Source: Lingula anatina (lineage: Eukaryota; Animalia; Brachiopoda). From it: a stretch of 64,000 bases of DNA. Below are positions 50,501 through 63,607 of the stretch, piece by piece. The notes beneath the pieces were generated by a model. It was not told where the DNA came from. It ran no database searches and worked only from the letters and a program-made list of their open reading frames with translations. Every line of letters begins with the position of its first letter. The first letter of the stretch is position 1. Position numbers and translations under genes: made by a program. Location: assembly GCA_051362555.1 (NCBI GenBank), contig CM120643.1:14420644-14484643 (forward strand), given 5' to 3'.

Positions 50501-53500
50501 TTTTAACATTGGCAGGTAAATCAGTATAACTTGCTGATCCATCCATCTTTTCTTGCTTTTATTACTCTGATCTGTTTAAAAACATGAATCAATCTTAGAA
50601 ACCGGTAGTTTGTCTGTTTGCGGGAAAAAACATGCAAGTTTTGCTTGCGAAACAACTTGTTATCGAATTTGAACGGAAATGTTTTTGCTGACGGAAACAA
50701 ATCGGAATAAAAACGAGCAAGACCCGACGGTTAACTAAACACGCGAGGAAGAAATCACTAGCTTGGTGCCTTGAGAAAGTTAACCTGAGATACCTGCGTT
50801 GGGGACGACAACTCTTTTTCCGCTTCCGACGGGTACACGGCTAATAAGGAAATTGATAGATTGTTTTAGAAAGGCCGGATATCACTCTCTGTTCGAGTTG
50901 AATGCTTCCAGGAAAATAGCCCGCGGGGAGTAATACATTGAATTTGTCTTGTTATATCTGTAGGAGTCAGAAAACCACTACAGTTTAACTTTACAAGATA
51001 TAAAGACGTTATCTAAGCTAGCGGGCGCTACGGGACAGTAGCAGTTGGCTTTTCAAGAATACTTAAAATTCTCTACGCGATATTGAGTGACCTGGCTAAT
51101 GAAAAAAAAAAACTCGGATACAAGAAGGTCGTCTTTACTTTAAATTATTACTCCGATAACATGTTAATTGAATGTTAAACAAACCACGAGGGCCTACCTG
51201 CAGGTTATAAAAGCAATTTTGTAAGTGTCGCGAGCACGTGCTGTCCAACGTGCAACTTGCCAAGCATATTAAAATAAACATTTCAAAGTGCATCCACGAA
51301 CATTTTGCCGTTTTCCCGTGTCTTAACAGCTTCAGCATTGTTGACCAGCAAATTCCAAAATGTGGAATAGAAAAATTCGTTTATTGTTTCAGTAATAAGT
51401 AATAAAGGCGAATAATTTGTGTTGAAGTGAAAGGTTTTATCATTATATTCACTTCAGTACGAAATCTTCCACCGACTTCTTTGATGGTGAAAAACGGTGA
51501 TGATTTGTTTTGGACCAAACGAAATCCAAACTTACTACAGCAGCCAGTTTGCACGAAATGTTCGAAAGTTTGCACGAAATGGTCGAAGAGAGAACGTTAA
51601 CATTGGGTGTTCTACCAAAAGATATTTCTTTTCTTTCTTTCTTTTTGTAAATGAACAGATTTTCTTTCTAGATAGACTGTTTTGTCTTAGGGTTAACCTA
51701 ACTTTTACGTGCATTGTGTTTACTTGCACCTCTGCAAGAAACCGATATTTAGCGCAGTGGTAATTCCATCACTTATAACGCATTTAACAGAAATATATTT
51801 GTGTAATGTTAGATTCTGTCATCAAAAGAATAAGACTCTCCAAAAAACAGGAAGCCTTTACAAAAGAGGCAATATATCAAAAGGTTGAAGCAATACAATA
51901 TCGTTGTGAAAAGTATAAGGCGCATGCAATAAGAGATATTGTGTATGGAATGTATGATAAAGGTGTGGAATTGTGGTTTGATATAACGATTGTTAAAAGA
52001 AAAAAAGAGAGTCAAAAAGGTCGTTTCAAAATGAATAAAATTATGTGGAAGAAAAAAACTGTTACATAAACGTTGAAAGAGACCAGCACAGGGAAAATTA
52101 TACACGAAATAATTGGAAAAAGAAGTTAATTTTACCCAAAAATTACTTCTCGCTACTTGACGATGGAAAAAAAAACATCGTCGCACATGCAATCTCTACA
52201 CAATATAGAATGCCATTTTCTTGACCTTTTCGCTCTCTTACATCAATCTGCGCTAACGATGTTATTATTAGTGATGCAAAAACCCTTTCACGCGACCAGT
52301 AGGATCTGAGTGGGCATTCGATCAAAATTAAATTGCGTCAGAGATACTTAGTTCTTCTTTAATGGAAAGGACAGTCTCACGAGATGATTACACCACTGGT
52401 AGTTTATTATATCCAACTGTTGCGATAATGCGCAGTCTCTTTTTTTGATAAATATTTTTTATGAATTTTATAAAAAGTAAAAATGGTGAGAGGCATGCCT
52501 TTTTAATTTTCAAATTTTTAATCTCTTACAGTTTACCAAAGACTCCATATCGGAACTGGAGAAGATTCCAGGGCGTGTGATGGTCATCGCATGTGACGGT
52601 CTTAATGGTCAAGCGGCACGGACGCTGGGTCTCAGAGAAGAGTGGACCCAACAATCGTGCAAATATTATGGCGCTGTAGCGGGCATTGAACGTACTGACC
52701 AAAGACCTGTCCCTTCTCCCGAAATCAGGGTTCATGGTCTGACCTTTGACCTTTCTGCCTTTTATGGCAAAGACTTCAAAGTCGATGAAAAATGCGGCTT
52801 CAGCCTTAAAATATTCGGGAGTGATCGGCAGCGCTACATGTCCCTGGCAGTGCCAAAATGTGATTCTAATCTCATCAAGGCGCTAAAGGTGGCGCTTGAC
52901 CATTCTGTAAGTATATACACGTGTGTGTGCAGCTGGTTTACGGTATCATTCAAGTTTTTAGACCATAAACTAACAGCTTTTCTACAGTATCTTCCTCTCC
53001 CTCCTCTTCCTCATCCTACAACCTTTGCCGTTGCCCAGAATAGCAGTAGCAGCAGCGTATGTTCAGACCCCTTTTTGCATCTGTCTCGTTAGTCCTGGTA
53101 TCCTGGCAGACCACTACCATTCATTCCTGATCTCGTTTTTAGGATTGACCCCTTCCACATTTACCTTGAAGTCCATTATTTCATGAAATACAAGTTTACA
53201 ACACATCGGCAACCCATATACCCCATCAGGCAAACTCCCGGCCTATCCAGACAAAGGGACATTGGTAGAAAGAACAGAAGCATTATTATAAGAATCAGCC
53301 TTTTTTTTTTTGCTAAAATTAGACGCAGAAGTGGAAGAGATCCCTTGCTGTTGTCAAAATTCCGAGTGACCTCATGTTTGAAATAAGGACCCCCCCCCCC
53401 CCCCCACACACACACACACACAAAAAAAAAAAAGTCGAAAATCGTTCATCACGATAGGCTAAAACCATGCCTTAGTAATGATGTTCCAGAGTGGGCGAAA

Positions 53501-53943
53501 ATCTCACGATGTACATCCCGATAATTATCTTATTTTTGACACTCTTTTCATTTCCAGGAAGAGCAACATCACAGAACCTGATGATTTAATCAGTGTTTGT
53601 CAAATGAATTCGTGTTATCAAAAAAATCGATCATTTTCATTTTTAGATAATGCGAAACATATTCAAGGAGTGCTTCAATACTTACAAAACAGACACGGAA
53701 AGCAAAATCACTGATCTCCAAGCACTGAAGAAGCTTAAATTCAGTCCGCGTTTGTTCGAAATCAAACTCTGTTGGAGGCGAGAGACTGTGATGTACTTAG
53801 AAGATGAAGACATCGTTGTGACATGCGAAGGTGATGCAGCCAGGACGTTAAATTTCCACTCAGGTAGGTCCCCCACCCCCACCATCACACCCACCCCCAC
53901 CCACACCCCACACCACCAACATTCTACTGATCGGACAGAGAAG

Positions 53944-53992
<49 letters not shown>

Positions 53993-54681
53993 TAACACGC
54001 ATGATGTAATTTGACGTCATGTAACGTTATTTAAGTTTTTGTATGTTTTTCATAGATGAGTTCCGAAAAACAAAGTTGTTGTTGTTGTTGTAAAGATGGA
54101 ACAACCTTACTGTAATCTTCCTGGGCCCCCGTGAAACGATTTTCACTTTTAATTTCCATTAACGTGCGGTTTTGTTGAAAAGGTCAAAAACTAAAGGAGA
54201 GATAATTACCCCAATTAATCTCACGTTGTGATATGTACTCTTAGTCTAACGCGTGTTAACCCCGCCATTATAACGCTCCTAACATGATTTGATTTCATTC
54301 CAGTTGTTTAATCTCTCTTCGTATTCATATGTAATTATAAATGGCGGAAAACACCCATATTTTAATATCATACAGATCTATGTTTTATTCCCTGTTTTCG
54401 AAAAAAATCCAAAAAATTCATCCGTACATGTCTTCGAAAATGGAAAACAGCGACATATTTAAGTTTATTTATTTATTTATTTATTTATTCACATTTTAGG
54501 TCTGGATGTGAACCTTTCTATACGTGGGCTGGAGTCTCTGACGTCTTTCATTCATTCCACGGCAACAGCGAACAATAACATGAAATCTCTCATAGAGGCC
54601 ATGACGCTAAGGGCAACACATGCAAGAAAAATATCAGAACATTTTCAGCGATATGGAATTGCAGAGACGATGGAATTATAG
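41579..54681 (+). CDS. FAD-dependent (group A-type) flavoprotein monooxygenase, MICAL-domain-like, with N-terminal hydrophobic segment (~427 aa)
   Basis: Exons 41579-42088 (AAG|GTGAGT), 52532-52906, 53647-53863 and 54500-54681 (TAG) join in frame. The three family fingerprints occur in order: VVVIGAGPIGL...LYEEK, VIACDGLNGQAARTLGL and EGDAARTLNFHSGLDVN. Possible upstream exons are 40942-41011 and 41179-41319; the ATG at 41270 would be in frame via an acceptor at 41574. AATAAA at 55245. Confidence 0.88.
47213..47272. repeat. Perfect 19-bp inverted repeat plus 17-bp direct repeat
   Basis: ACATTATATAAAGGTGATC-TTGAATT-GATCACCTTTATATAATGT, with GTGATCTTGAATTGATC at both 47226 and 47256. Confidence 0.9.
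53943..53996. repeat. (ATA)n microsatellite
   Basis: Seen directly. It explains the poly-Ile ORFs in the track. (AAAT)n/(TTTA)n tracts lie near 4869, 5309, 17505, 19764 and 54463. Confidence 0.95.
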
Positions 54682-55875
54682 AAAGGCCGTGATCCCATTG
54701 AATATCATCAGTGATCACGCTAACGTTCTGTTTAATTTCCCCGCTGGAAGATATTCGAACATGTTTCATAGAAAATATTATTGCAGAAACCGTTGGCTCG
54801 AGGGTTTCGGGTCGTGAGTGCATGGTGAATTCCAACAAATGAATCAGGAATTTTTTTGTCGTTTTCTTAAAACCAACTTCAAGTTAAGTATACCGTCATG
54901 AAGTTGTAGTTGTTGATTTGACTAGAAAAGACTGCGTCTAATACAGGTCCGATAGATGCGGACCGAGGAGTACTTTGCAACCACGCCCTTTAAATGTCTA
55001 CATTTTAATTTAATTAACATTTAGCAGCGTGGCTACCCATAGACTTAACTTACTATGTGGCGCCTTTTTGTATACAGTCTCTTTTGACTAATTAAAAAGA
55101 CAATGAATGTTTCAGATAGCACAGACTAAAACCTCTGTAATCAAGGATCGCTAGGAAATACTTATTATAAATGTACCGGTATTATCTCAACATTTTTATC
55201 GTTTTTGATGCTAGTCAGTTTTCAAGGCATTTTTATAATCATTGAATAAATGTCGTTACGGATTTTCATGTTTTATATTATTTACCTGGCGTATTATTTA
55301 CCAGACGCAGTTAGATGATCATTTAACACAGTACCTTGGTTTAAACAAAGAGACGAAAGTTTATCATATTAAAATTTAATGCTCATATGTACATGTATGT
55401 GTTTTGGACTTTTCTATTTTCAAACTGTCAGACGTGAGCTTGTTTAAAGCGGTGCATAACACCTGCAATAACAGGTTACACATGTAATAGCTTTTGGATA
55501 TAAGTGACTCATCAAGATCAAGTGTCAAATGAGAAACAGACCTCGGCTAAATCCGGAACGGTGGCGATAATAGCCGAGGTTAGTGGAGTGGTGAATTGGT
55601 GTCAGCGTGACCCGAGCAATCGTTTATAGCTAGGCACAAAATCAAGATATGTGCAAATATTGATCAACATTTATGTTTCCATATTTCACAAAACTTTCTC
55701 TACGGAGATTCATTGTAGATGCCATTTTTGATATTGACCTCAGATGTATTACAACATAAGAATTAGTTTTTTTTTACACATACTGATGATAATTATATGA
55801 TACAGTTTTAGTAAACTTGTACGGGAAGAATAAAACTATATAACTATTGTTCTCGATGTGTTTTACAATTTTTTT

Positions 55876-55911
<36 letters not shown>

Positions 55912-58900
55912 GGGATTTGAAGTCACCCGGAAAAAGATGGGCGTAATCTAGATAAGCGCTCACCTAGATTGAATTCCAATGATGAATTATTTTACTCGTT
56001 TCACCGGCATATTATTTCCCGTCATTTCTTAAACCGACCTGGGTTTGCAGTGATCTTCAAGAGCCGAACCTGTACGTACTACTCGTGATCATTCCTGTAA
56101 ATAAATATTTACATTCCCTCAATTAATTTCCTAAAACGGGATTTATTGCATAGGCAATTTCCCCGACCATGTATCTATTTCAACGTCAATTTCCTGCTTG
56201 GCCGATCACATCGATCCGCGTCCTGAGAAAACCGGTTGATGTTCATCGGTTTGATGATCACACTTTTATGAAAAAAATGTAAAACAATACATACGCTTTC
56301 AGTTATGATTGCAAGGGGAATTATCCCTTTGAAAGCTTTTAGAAAAAAGTGCTTATTCTTATGCTATAATTTCACGATGAACTTGTGAATAATTTTACCA
56401 TCATTTAAAGCTGATAGATTTACTGAGACTGAAATGTAAATTGATGGAAAGAACAGTACAAAACTACTTGATTTACTAAGACTTCAATGTAAATGTGATA
56501 GATAGAGCAGTACATAGCCGGATAAGTTTTTTGTCTGGCGGAATGGAAAACACTTTGCCCCCTCATACGTGGACCCTTATCAATACCAGTCTTACTGATC
56601 GAAACGAATTTAAAAACGCCCTTACTGACGCACCAAATGATGGGGTGCGAAATCACTCGAGATAGGCGTGATTGATGAAGTTCTAAACCTTAATGAGAAA
56701 CGAACACGTAAAGAGCGTGTTATTAGAGACATAATCACTCTGTGCGGGTCACCCAAGTCTCTGTTAAATAGCCCAATATTCTATACAGCACTATCGGGAA
56801 AAAAAGAGAAGAAAAAGAGAAACACCAATACCGTGTATTTCAGGTAATTCATGTCGTTGACTGTTCGTGTTAAACCGGAAACCTACAATCTCACCCTTTC
56901 GTTTGATCAGTTTTACAGAAAAAGGGGAAACCAAATGTCTTGAGACTATAACGACCAGGTGCTTTGCAAAATGATGCTCCCTTTGGGGAAAGCATTTACT
57001 TAATGTTAAATATCATTCAGATAAGTTGCAGTTCTGGTTTCCGTTGTTCTATTTTCATCAGGCAGATAGCGGTAGTATTTATATTACCGTCAACGATCTC
57101 GGTTTTTTTTTCCTGGGCCAAATTTAGTGCTTCCCCTCTCCAGTAGTCACACTCGATTTGATTATTTATTTATTTTATTTATTGTTATTAAAAAAAAAAA
57201 CGTTAGATTTGTAGCACTTAGAAATATATGAAGCATGATTGTGGGTGAATATTTTCGTTTTTCTCATTTTTGTAGAACTTCCTTTAATTAATTTCCTAAT
57301 AAATTAATTATTCCTTCAATTAATTAAAAGAGGGCCAAATCTGCTTTCTCGCGTGTCGGCGGATGAGACTTACAAAATGTGGTGTGGGGTTCTATACAGA
57401 AATTATCGATATAATCACTGATTTCCAAGTCTTCAATTCTTCGCTGACATTTACCATAAAGAATGAAAATGTTTCGGGATAAGTCTGAGCAAAGATTGTA
57501 GGAAATACGCAACATTTTTCGAGCGCATCCAATATTGCCTTTTAAAGATCCAAACGAATCGTATTCTAGGCAATAAATTCGCCCACGTGAAAGAAATTAC
57601 TCGCACATTTATTTTAGCCAATGTCATTTGTTATTCTATGCAGGAAATAATTTTAGATCGAGATTTATAGTTATCTAGATAATTTTGGTCAATTTTTTCC
57701 CCACACAAACAGATATTTCACTGTAGATGCTGGCTCCTAAAATATCATTACCATTAAAACAAAGAACAATTATGTTCGGACCTAGCTTTAGCAGATAGGT
57801 AATGACCTCTGTTTGCAATATATTAGAAGAAGATTAAATCTACAGACTTTACAGTTGCATGACTGTGTCGCAGGTGAAAATGATCTATTCATTGATTTTT
57901 GTTGTTCAGCGTTATTCAACCTATACATTAACCAGACATATACAAGTAACAGATCGAAGGATAAAAATTATCAAAATAAAGGCAAATGAATAATACAGAA
58001 GATATAAAAGTTTAAAAAGTTGCTTGTGGGGCAAAATAATAGCATTAGGAAGCGACATGAAAGGCAAACAATTTTAATTGCCGGTCACGGTCATGAGTCA
58101 GCGACGTGGTACATATACAGTTTTTTCCGCGTGTAAAAACATGAGTATGTACTAAAAGATGCACTTTATTAAAAAAAAAAGGTGCTCACTATCGCTCGGC
58201 ATGCCACCGTGTATATCAAGTGCGTGGTGAGTGCATGCAAATTTAAAGAGAAATCGTACGTGCACGTGTTTCCCACCCAAAGTCCCAAATTTCGAATAGA
58301 ATACGCTGATATATATATATGCTGACACCTGTCTGAACAGAATAATACATAGTAATGGGCCGTTTCAGTACAATACTTTCTTTTGAGCCTCTTGATGTCT
58401 CTAACTGTGATGGAGATGCCTCAATGTCACTATAGCGAACCCTGAAGTGTAGTTTTCATTTTAACGAGTACTCAAGTGGAGCGATATGTCATACAACCCT
58501 TATCACAATATTCAGTGAGACTTGGATGCCTTTGCAATCGATTTGGCGTGGGTAAGGTATTACAATCATCATACTAGAGTTTCAAGCGGGACACCCCCTG
58601 ACTTTTTGAAGTAACTGGGATCTCTCTTCCATTATCAGTAACGGCAGACACATGTCCATGATACAGGCGGGTTTCCAGAAGCCAGTGAAATTCAGAACAG
58701 AGCAAGAGCGGGGTTAACAGCACTGCGATATTTACGATTCAAACTTTAGAAGTATCATCTGAACAACTTATTACCAACTTTGTCTGCATTGCCTTCACGT
58801 TTTACCGCAATATCTTTATTCGTCTCCGTCAAGTTTGCTTAATAGGTCGGGACTAATAAACGTTTGCTTCCCGTCTGGTTTTGCTCGAAAGTCTTTAAAA

Positions 58901-59363
58901 AAAATAAAAATAGCATTCTCCTTAATCTCACTTATACGTCTCATTACTCCTTAGAGACCATGTTAAAGATTTTGAAACCCCATGTTCAGGAAGTAATAGT
59001 GCAGTGTTTGAATTCCTTGCCACTAGAGATATTCCAAAGATCCATAACAGCTGTTTTTAGTCCGCCTTTTGCGCTTCTGATGTTCGCAATTTTTGATGCG
59101 AAATCATAGGGGAGCTTTATTTTCTCACGTCTTGCAAATACATCCGATTGGCAGACCGAACGTTACTTATCACCGTCTGGACACTGTATGCTGAAAATTC
59201 AGTGCCTTACCTCGATTTGGCTAACGTTACAGCTCTGATAGCAACGAAGAACAATTACTTTGAAAAGAAAGGAAAACCACAAACACAAACATCTTTCTTT
59301 ACAATCTTTTTACTTTTTCTTAGCTTAGTTTGTACATGAAATACCGACATTTCACAATAACAG

Positions 59364-59369
59364 TTTATT
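59364..59369 (-). terminator. RPL13 polyadenylation signal
   Basis: AATAAA on the minus strand ~20 nt after the stop, consistent with the short 3' UTRs of ribosomal protein mRNAs. Confidence 0.75.
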
Positions 59370-59387
59370 TCGATTTTTCCATATGCT

Positions 59388-61771
59388 CTATTTTCCTTCC
59401 GCCTCCTTCTCCTTGGCTCTCTTCTCTCTGATACCAAACAGACGCTTGTTGGCACGTGCCTGTCTGAGGGCCGTGTAGGCACTGTACTTCCTCTCTTCCT
59501 CGCTGATGGCGCGGGCCTTCTCCTTCTTGGGGACAGCGATGATAGGCATGACCTCTCCAGAAAGCTGGGTGGCCATCTTGAGCTCTTCGGGCTGAAAAGA
59601 TAAATTAACAGGCAATATTAATATCAAGCTACATTTGTTTTCAGTCATAATAGCATAATCCAAATGACACATAAAGCTTCAGCAAAAAATCGCTCTTATT
59701 TGGAACCTCAATATGTCCAAGTAATCACCAGATGAGAAAATTACTCGACATGATACTTGAAATTCCAAAGTCACAGTATTTTGACATAAACAGGTTGCAG
59801 GCATGAACATATTGCTTGTTTAGACCATGTGTCAAGGACAAAGTGAAGAGAGAGAGAGAGAGAGAGAGATAGGGGAGGAGGAGAACGCACTCCCCTCACA
59901 AGCACAATTGTATATTGGTCTATTAGCAATTAGAATGGCAAGGGATGGAGAAAACTTACCCCAGAGTCGTCCTTCTTGGGGGCACTGAGTTTCTTGGGGA
60001 AGAGGACTAGTTTGCTCCTGTACTCCTTCAGCCTCTGTACATTCTGCTGCAGGGACTCCACGGACTTGTTTCTCCTCCTGTAGTCTACCGAGATACCGAT
60101 GGTGCGGGCAAACTTCTTGTTCAGTCCTGCGGCCTGAGGGAGGAAAATTACAAAATATTAATTTGAGTTACTGAAAGGTCTTTCTTTTCACATTTTTATA
60201 AAAAATTCATTTATTATTTTCTATTAGTATACTTAATACTGACTTTATGTACAGATGGGGTAGAAAGATATGTGTGCCTATCAAATCTAAGTCTACTCTT
60301 TATGATAAATAAATGAGGAATAAAACAGTGTTTTGGATATTTGTTTCTGATGCTTTACATATTACAGCAACAAAACAATGCTTGTTATATACTAGTACTT
60401 GTTCTTTTCCAGTGCTTGTTAAAGAAACCTTAAATCTTTTTGGAAATCCTATGAGACTAGCAGACAATAACATCCAAAGCAATCTGCGCCACATTGCTGC
60501 TTTTTCAAGGCTTCTATTTCTAGAACAGCCTTTATCATCCTTTTTCTTGAGTAGAATGTCCCTATAGGTAAGGTTTCACATGATCACTACACTACAAGTA
60601 CCCGAAAAACAGAAACCCACACAAGTTAACTGAAAGCTGACTCACTCATGTATGGCCTCATGAGGTCTTATCTGAGTCAATGTGTAAATCTCGGGCACAC
60701 ATCTGTTTGTCAGCCATTTTTCAGTGAGTTCATTAATAATACTGTCTCAGATAGCCAGCTAGTTTAGCTCATTTGTGCTACTTGAAATCCTTTCAGGGAC
60801 CAGTTTTACAAAAGAAAATGAGTTTAAAAACTGGCCTAAACTCCGAGACCCAAAGTCTACTCTGTGTAGACCCAAATTAATCATTGTAGTGAAATATAGT
60901 ACCATTTTAATCCTAGAAAGAAATGGTAACTGTTACAGATCAATACTTACCATAATTCAAGTGGGCTAATTTGAGTTGATCTCAAGTGAATTGGAGCAAA
61001 TTTTGGTCCACAAATTCATAATCACTTTTTTTTATTGGGGGAGGGGGGTCATATTTCTTTTTGTGAAAGCCATACCCAGTTTAATGCCAACAATATTTTA
61101 AAAACCTACCTTGAGCTCATCCAGGGTGAATCCTCTGCCCAGTCTGACCTTGGTGTTATACTTGAAGGTGGGGCACCTGATCACGGGCCTGAGGGGGCCA
61201 GCCACAGGGCGGGGAGCAATCAGTCTGGCCTTCTTCACACGCCTACAATGTAAAACACGAGATATGTCACACTGGGATACCTTGACACTTAAAAAAACAG
61301 TAACATGCAGGTGCTTGATTTCAAAGCGGCACAACTGGTAGGCCAGTAGATGAATCTTATCCTATTCACATCACTGTCATCAGCAGCAGGTGAGAAGGTA
61401 AGTAGGTGAGAAGTAAGAAAAAACTTTGATAGCCCTTGCATCTTGGGGAACACTAGCTGGTTGTCATTTCACAGGTACCTACATTGCACCTTAGCACACA
61501 TATAAAATATCACAGGCTAGTAAAAGGAGAGCTAACACATGAAATTTGGTGACAACTTTAAATTGAAAAAGTTATCAATAGATTTATTGGTGCATGTGAA
61601 TGGGAGGTGGCAGGATACTGCATGAGAGCCAGGTTTCTTCAAAATTTATATATCTTACCTGTCGTGTCTCCTCTTCTTACGAGCAGGCTGGTTGAACCAC
61701 GTCTTCACACGGGTCTGCCAGTCTTTATGGAAGTGCCCATTGGGCACCATATTATTACGTTTCATCGGCAT
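59388..61771 (-). CDS. RPL13: 60S ribosomal protein L13 (eL13), 207 aa
   Basis: Coding exons are 61659-61771, 61110-61242, 59960-60133 and 59388-59591. They read [32 protein letters not shown]...[36 protein letters not shown]...[27 protein letters not shown]...[25 protein letters not shown]. Non-coding exon 1 spans ~62216-62258. Confidence 0.99.
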
Positions 61772-62251
61772 GATGGCCTAAAAGGAAATAAATTCAATTA
61801 TTTTATACCAAATGAACTTTTATGGGAGATACTGCAGATGTACCCTAAATTCTGCATTCGTCAAGATTAATTTTCAACTTGGTAAATGGTTGGTTTGTAA
61901 GACTTGAAAACTTAGTCAGACCCCCATTTCAATTACACAATAAATGCATTATTTGGAAAAATTAATGGGATAACAATGTGAGGAAATTCCTACGGGTAAG
62001 CTATAAGCAGAAAATTGCCAACAGGCACCGAGATCTTCCCACTCATGTACACAAGACAAGCGTGAGGTTCACATCGTCCGATAACTAATTTCGAAATGAG
62101 TCTGGTAAAAACTTGTAGCTGAAGTTACTAGTGGATAAACTCTTGATTAATACTTTGATGATATATTTCGTTGTATATACAAGAAAATGGAAGATGGGTA
62201 CGATTTAATTTTCACCTTTGCAACACAGACCTGATTTTGTTATGGCCGACC

Positions 62252-62297
62252 GGAAAAGGGCGAACAATGCATTCTGGGAGATGAATGAACTTCCGGT
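62252..62297. promoter_or_regulatory. Bidirectional promoter core between RPL13 and LARS2
   Basis: Minus-strand TCT initiator / 5'TOP CCCTTTTCC at 62252-62260. ZNF143/Staf-type CTCCCAGAATGCATTG on the minus strand at 62265-62280. ETS/GABP-type ACTTCCGGT at 62289-62297. A plus-strand donor TG|GTAAGT follows at 62369. Confidence 0.75.
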
Positions 62298-63110
62298 AAG
62301 ATGTCTGCGCCCAGGGGCGCGAGAATGAAAAGTGATTTTTCATTACTTATTCGTTAATTTCGTCAGTGGTAAGTAAATTTAATTAAACATATGCAAAAGA
62401 TAATTAGACAAAGTATTCCAACACCATAAAACAGGTTTTTGTTGCTTAATTTCGGAAATTGATAGAGTAAAACTGTTGTAAAATAAGTCGTGTTCTAGTC
62501 AGTCTTCCACAAGTCTTCAGCTCTTTGAGATTATCAAGGATAACACCTCTAGTACGCTGGCAAATGCAGGATTATACAGTATGTGAGTTTGTGCGCGTGC
62601 GTGTTCGTGTGTGTGTATGATGGAGCAGAATACCTTACACTGAGGCAAGGGCAACTTAAATTATGTTAAGTAGGAGCAGCGAATATTTTCAAAGCCAATT
62701 GAAAGTACTAAAATTACATTATTTATGCAGTGCACTGCTAGAATTATAAATAAATAATAATAATAATATTTATTTTGAGTCAAAAACCCACATTTGTTCA
62801 GTAGACTTTACTATAAAACGCAAAAGAAATAATATAAAGACTAGTAAAAAATTGATTAAAAAAGGAAAATTAAATGAAACAATGTAGAAATTGAAAGTGC
62901 TTTACAAATGCTATATTTAGTGCTATATAATATGATAAATTTAAAGAAAATCTGAATGACAATACCATAGCCTCTTCCTGCTTTTACACTTTTCAAAATT
63001 ATTTTATTTTTAAGTTCATTAAATTTTAGAAGTATTTCATATTTTTTCTTTTTTTTTTGTTTTACCCACAGTCAAATAAATACACTGAGATCTATGACAT
63101 TCATTGCAGC

Positions 63111-63607
63111 ATGATGGGGATCTTAAAGGGAGCCACTCTCTGCTCTTGGAGCAGGCTAAGATATCTTCATCAGCAACACGGACTTTTGTTAGCAAGATCA
63201 ATATTCAGTAAAACTGGAGAATGGGTAAGATCTGCTGTGGATGAAATAAGTATTCTTAATTGTGAGCACACATCACAAATAGTTAGCAATATGTTCACAG
63301 ACAGTGACTCATATATTGTCCTAAGGTCCAGTGGATGAAATTTAAAACCACACAAAATGAGCTTTCATTATAGCACAGTGAATTAATGGACTGCTGCATT
63401 GTAAAGAAACCTGATCAAAAATGGATATATGTTTTAAATCAAGTTTCATAAAGCTGATTCTAATATGTGTTATTTTTAAAACATGCAAATTTATAATTTC
63501 TTTTACAGCCAAAAAAATTGGACAAAGAAGTAAGATTTGAAATAGAGGATCATTGGAAGGATAAAATCAGAGAATATGATTTGACCAGGACACAAAAAGA
63601 TAATGCA
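63111..63607 (+). CDS. LARS2: Mitochondrial leucyl-tRNA synthetase, first two coding exons (continues beyond window)
   Basis: Exons 63111-63224 (acceptor at 63071) and 63509-63607 are both phase 0. They read MMGILKGATLCSWSRLRYLHQQHGLLLARSIFSKTGEW|PKKLDKEVRFEIEDHWKDKIREY. An acid-free, Arg-containing presequence is followed by a segment matching my recollection of the human LARS2 N-terminus (RSIYSATGKWTKEY...RKDVEKWWHQRIKE). The HIGH motif is not in the window. Confidence 0.8.

Noticed and set aside
51806-52192. Lys-rich 87-aa plus ORF and overlapping 127-aa minus ORF in the monooxygenase intron
   Set aside because: No family recognised and the composition is A-rich. It may be a TE relic but cannot be supported without a database search.
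53682-54020. Poly-Ile ORFs on both strands
   Set aside because: They are translations of the intronic (ATA)n microsatellite. The real exon ends at the donor at 53864.
59640-59730. Possible C/D snoRNA in RPL13 intron 4 (GTGATTA...CTGA...CTGA, minus strand)
   Set aside because: The C box is imperfect, there is no terminal stem, and no rRNA-complementary guide was recognised.
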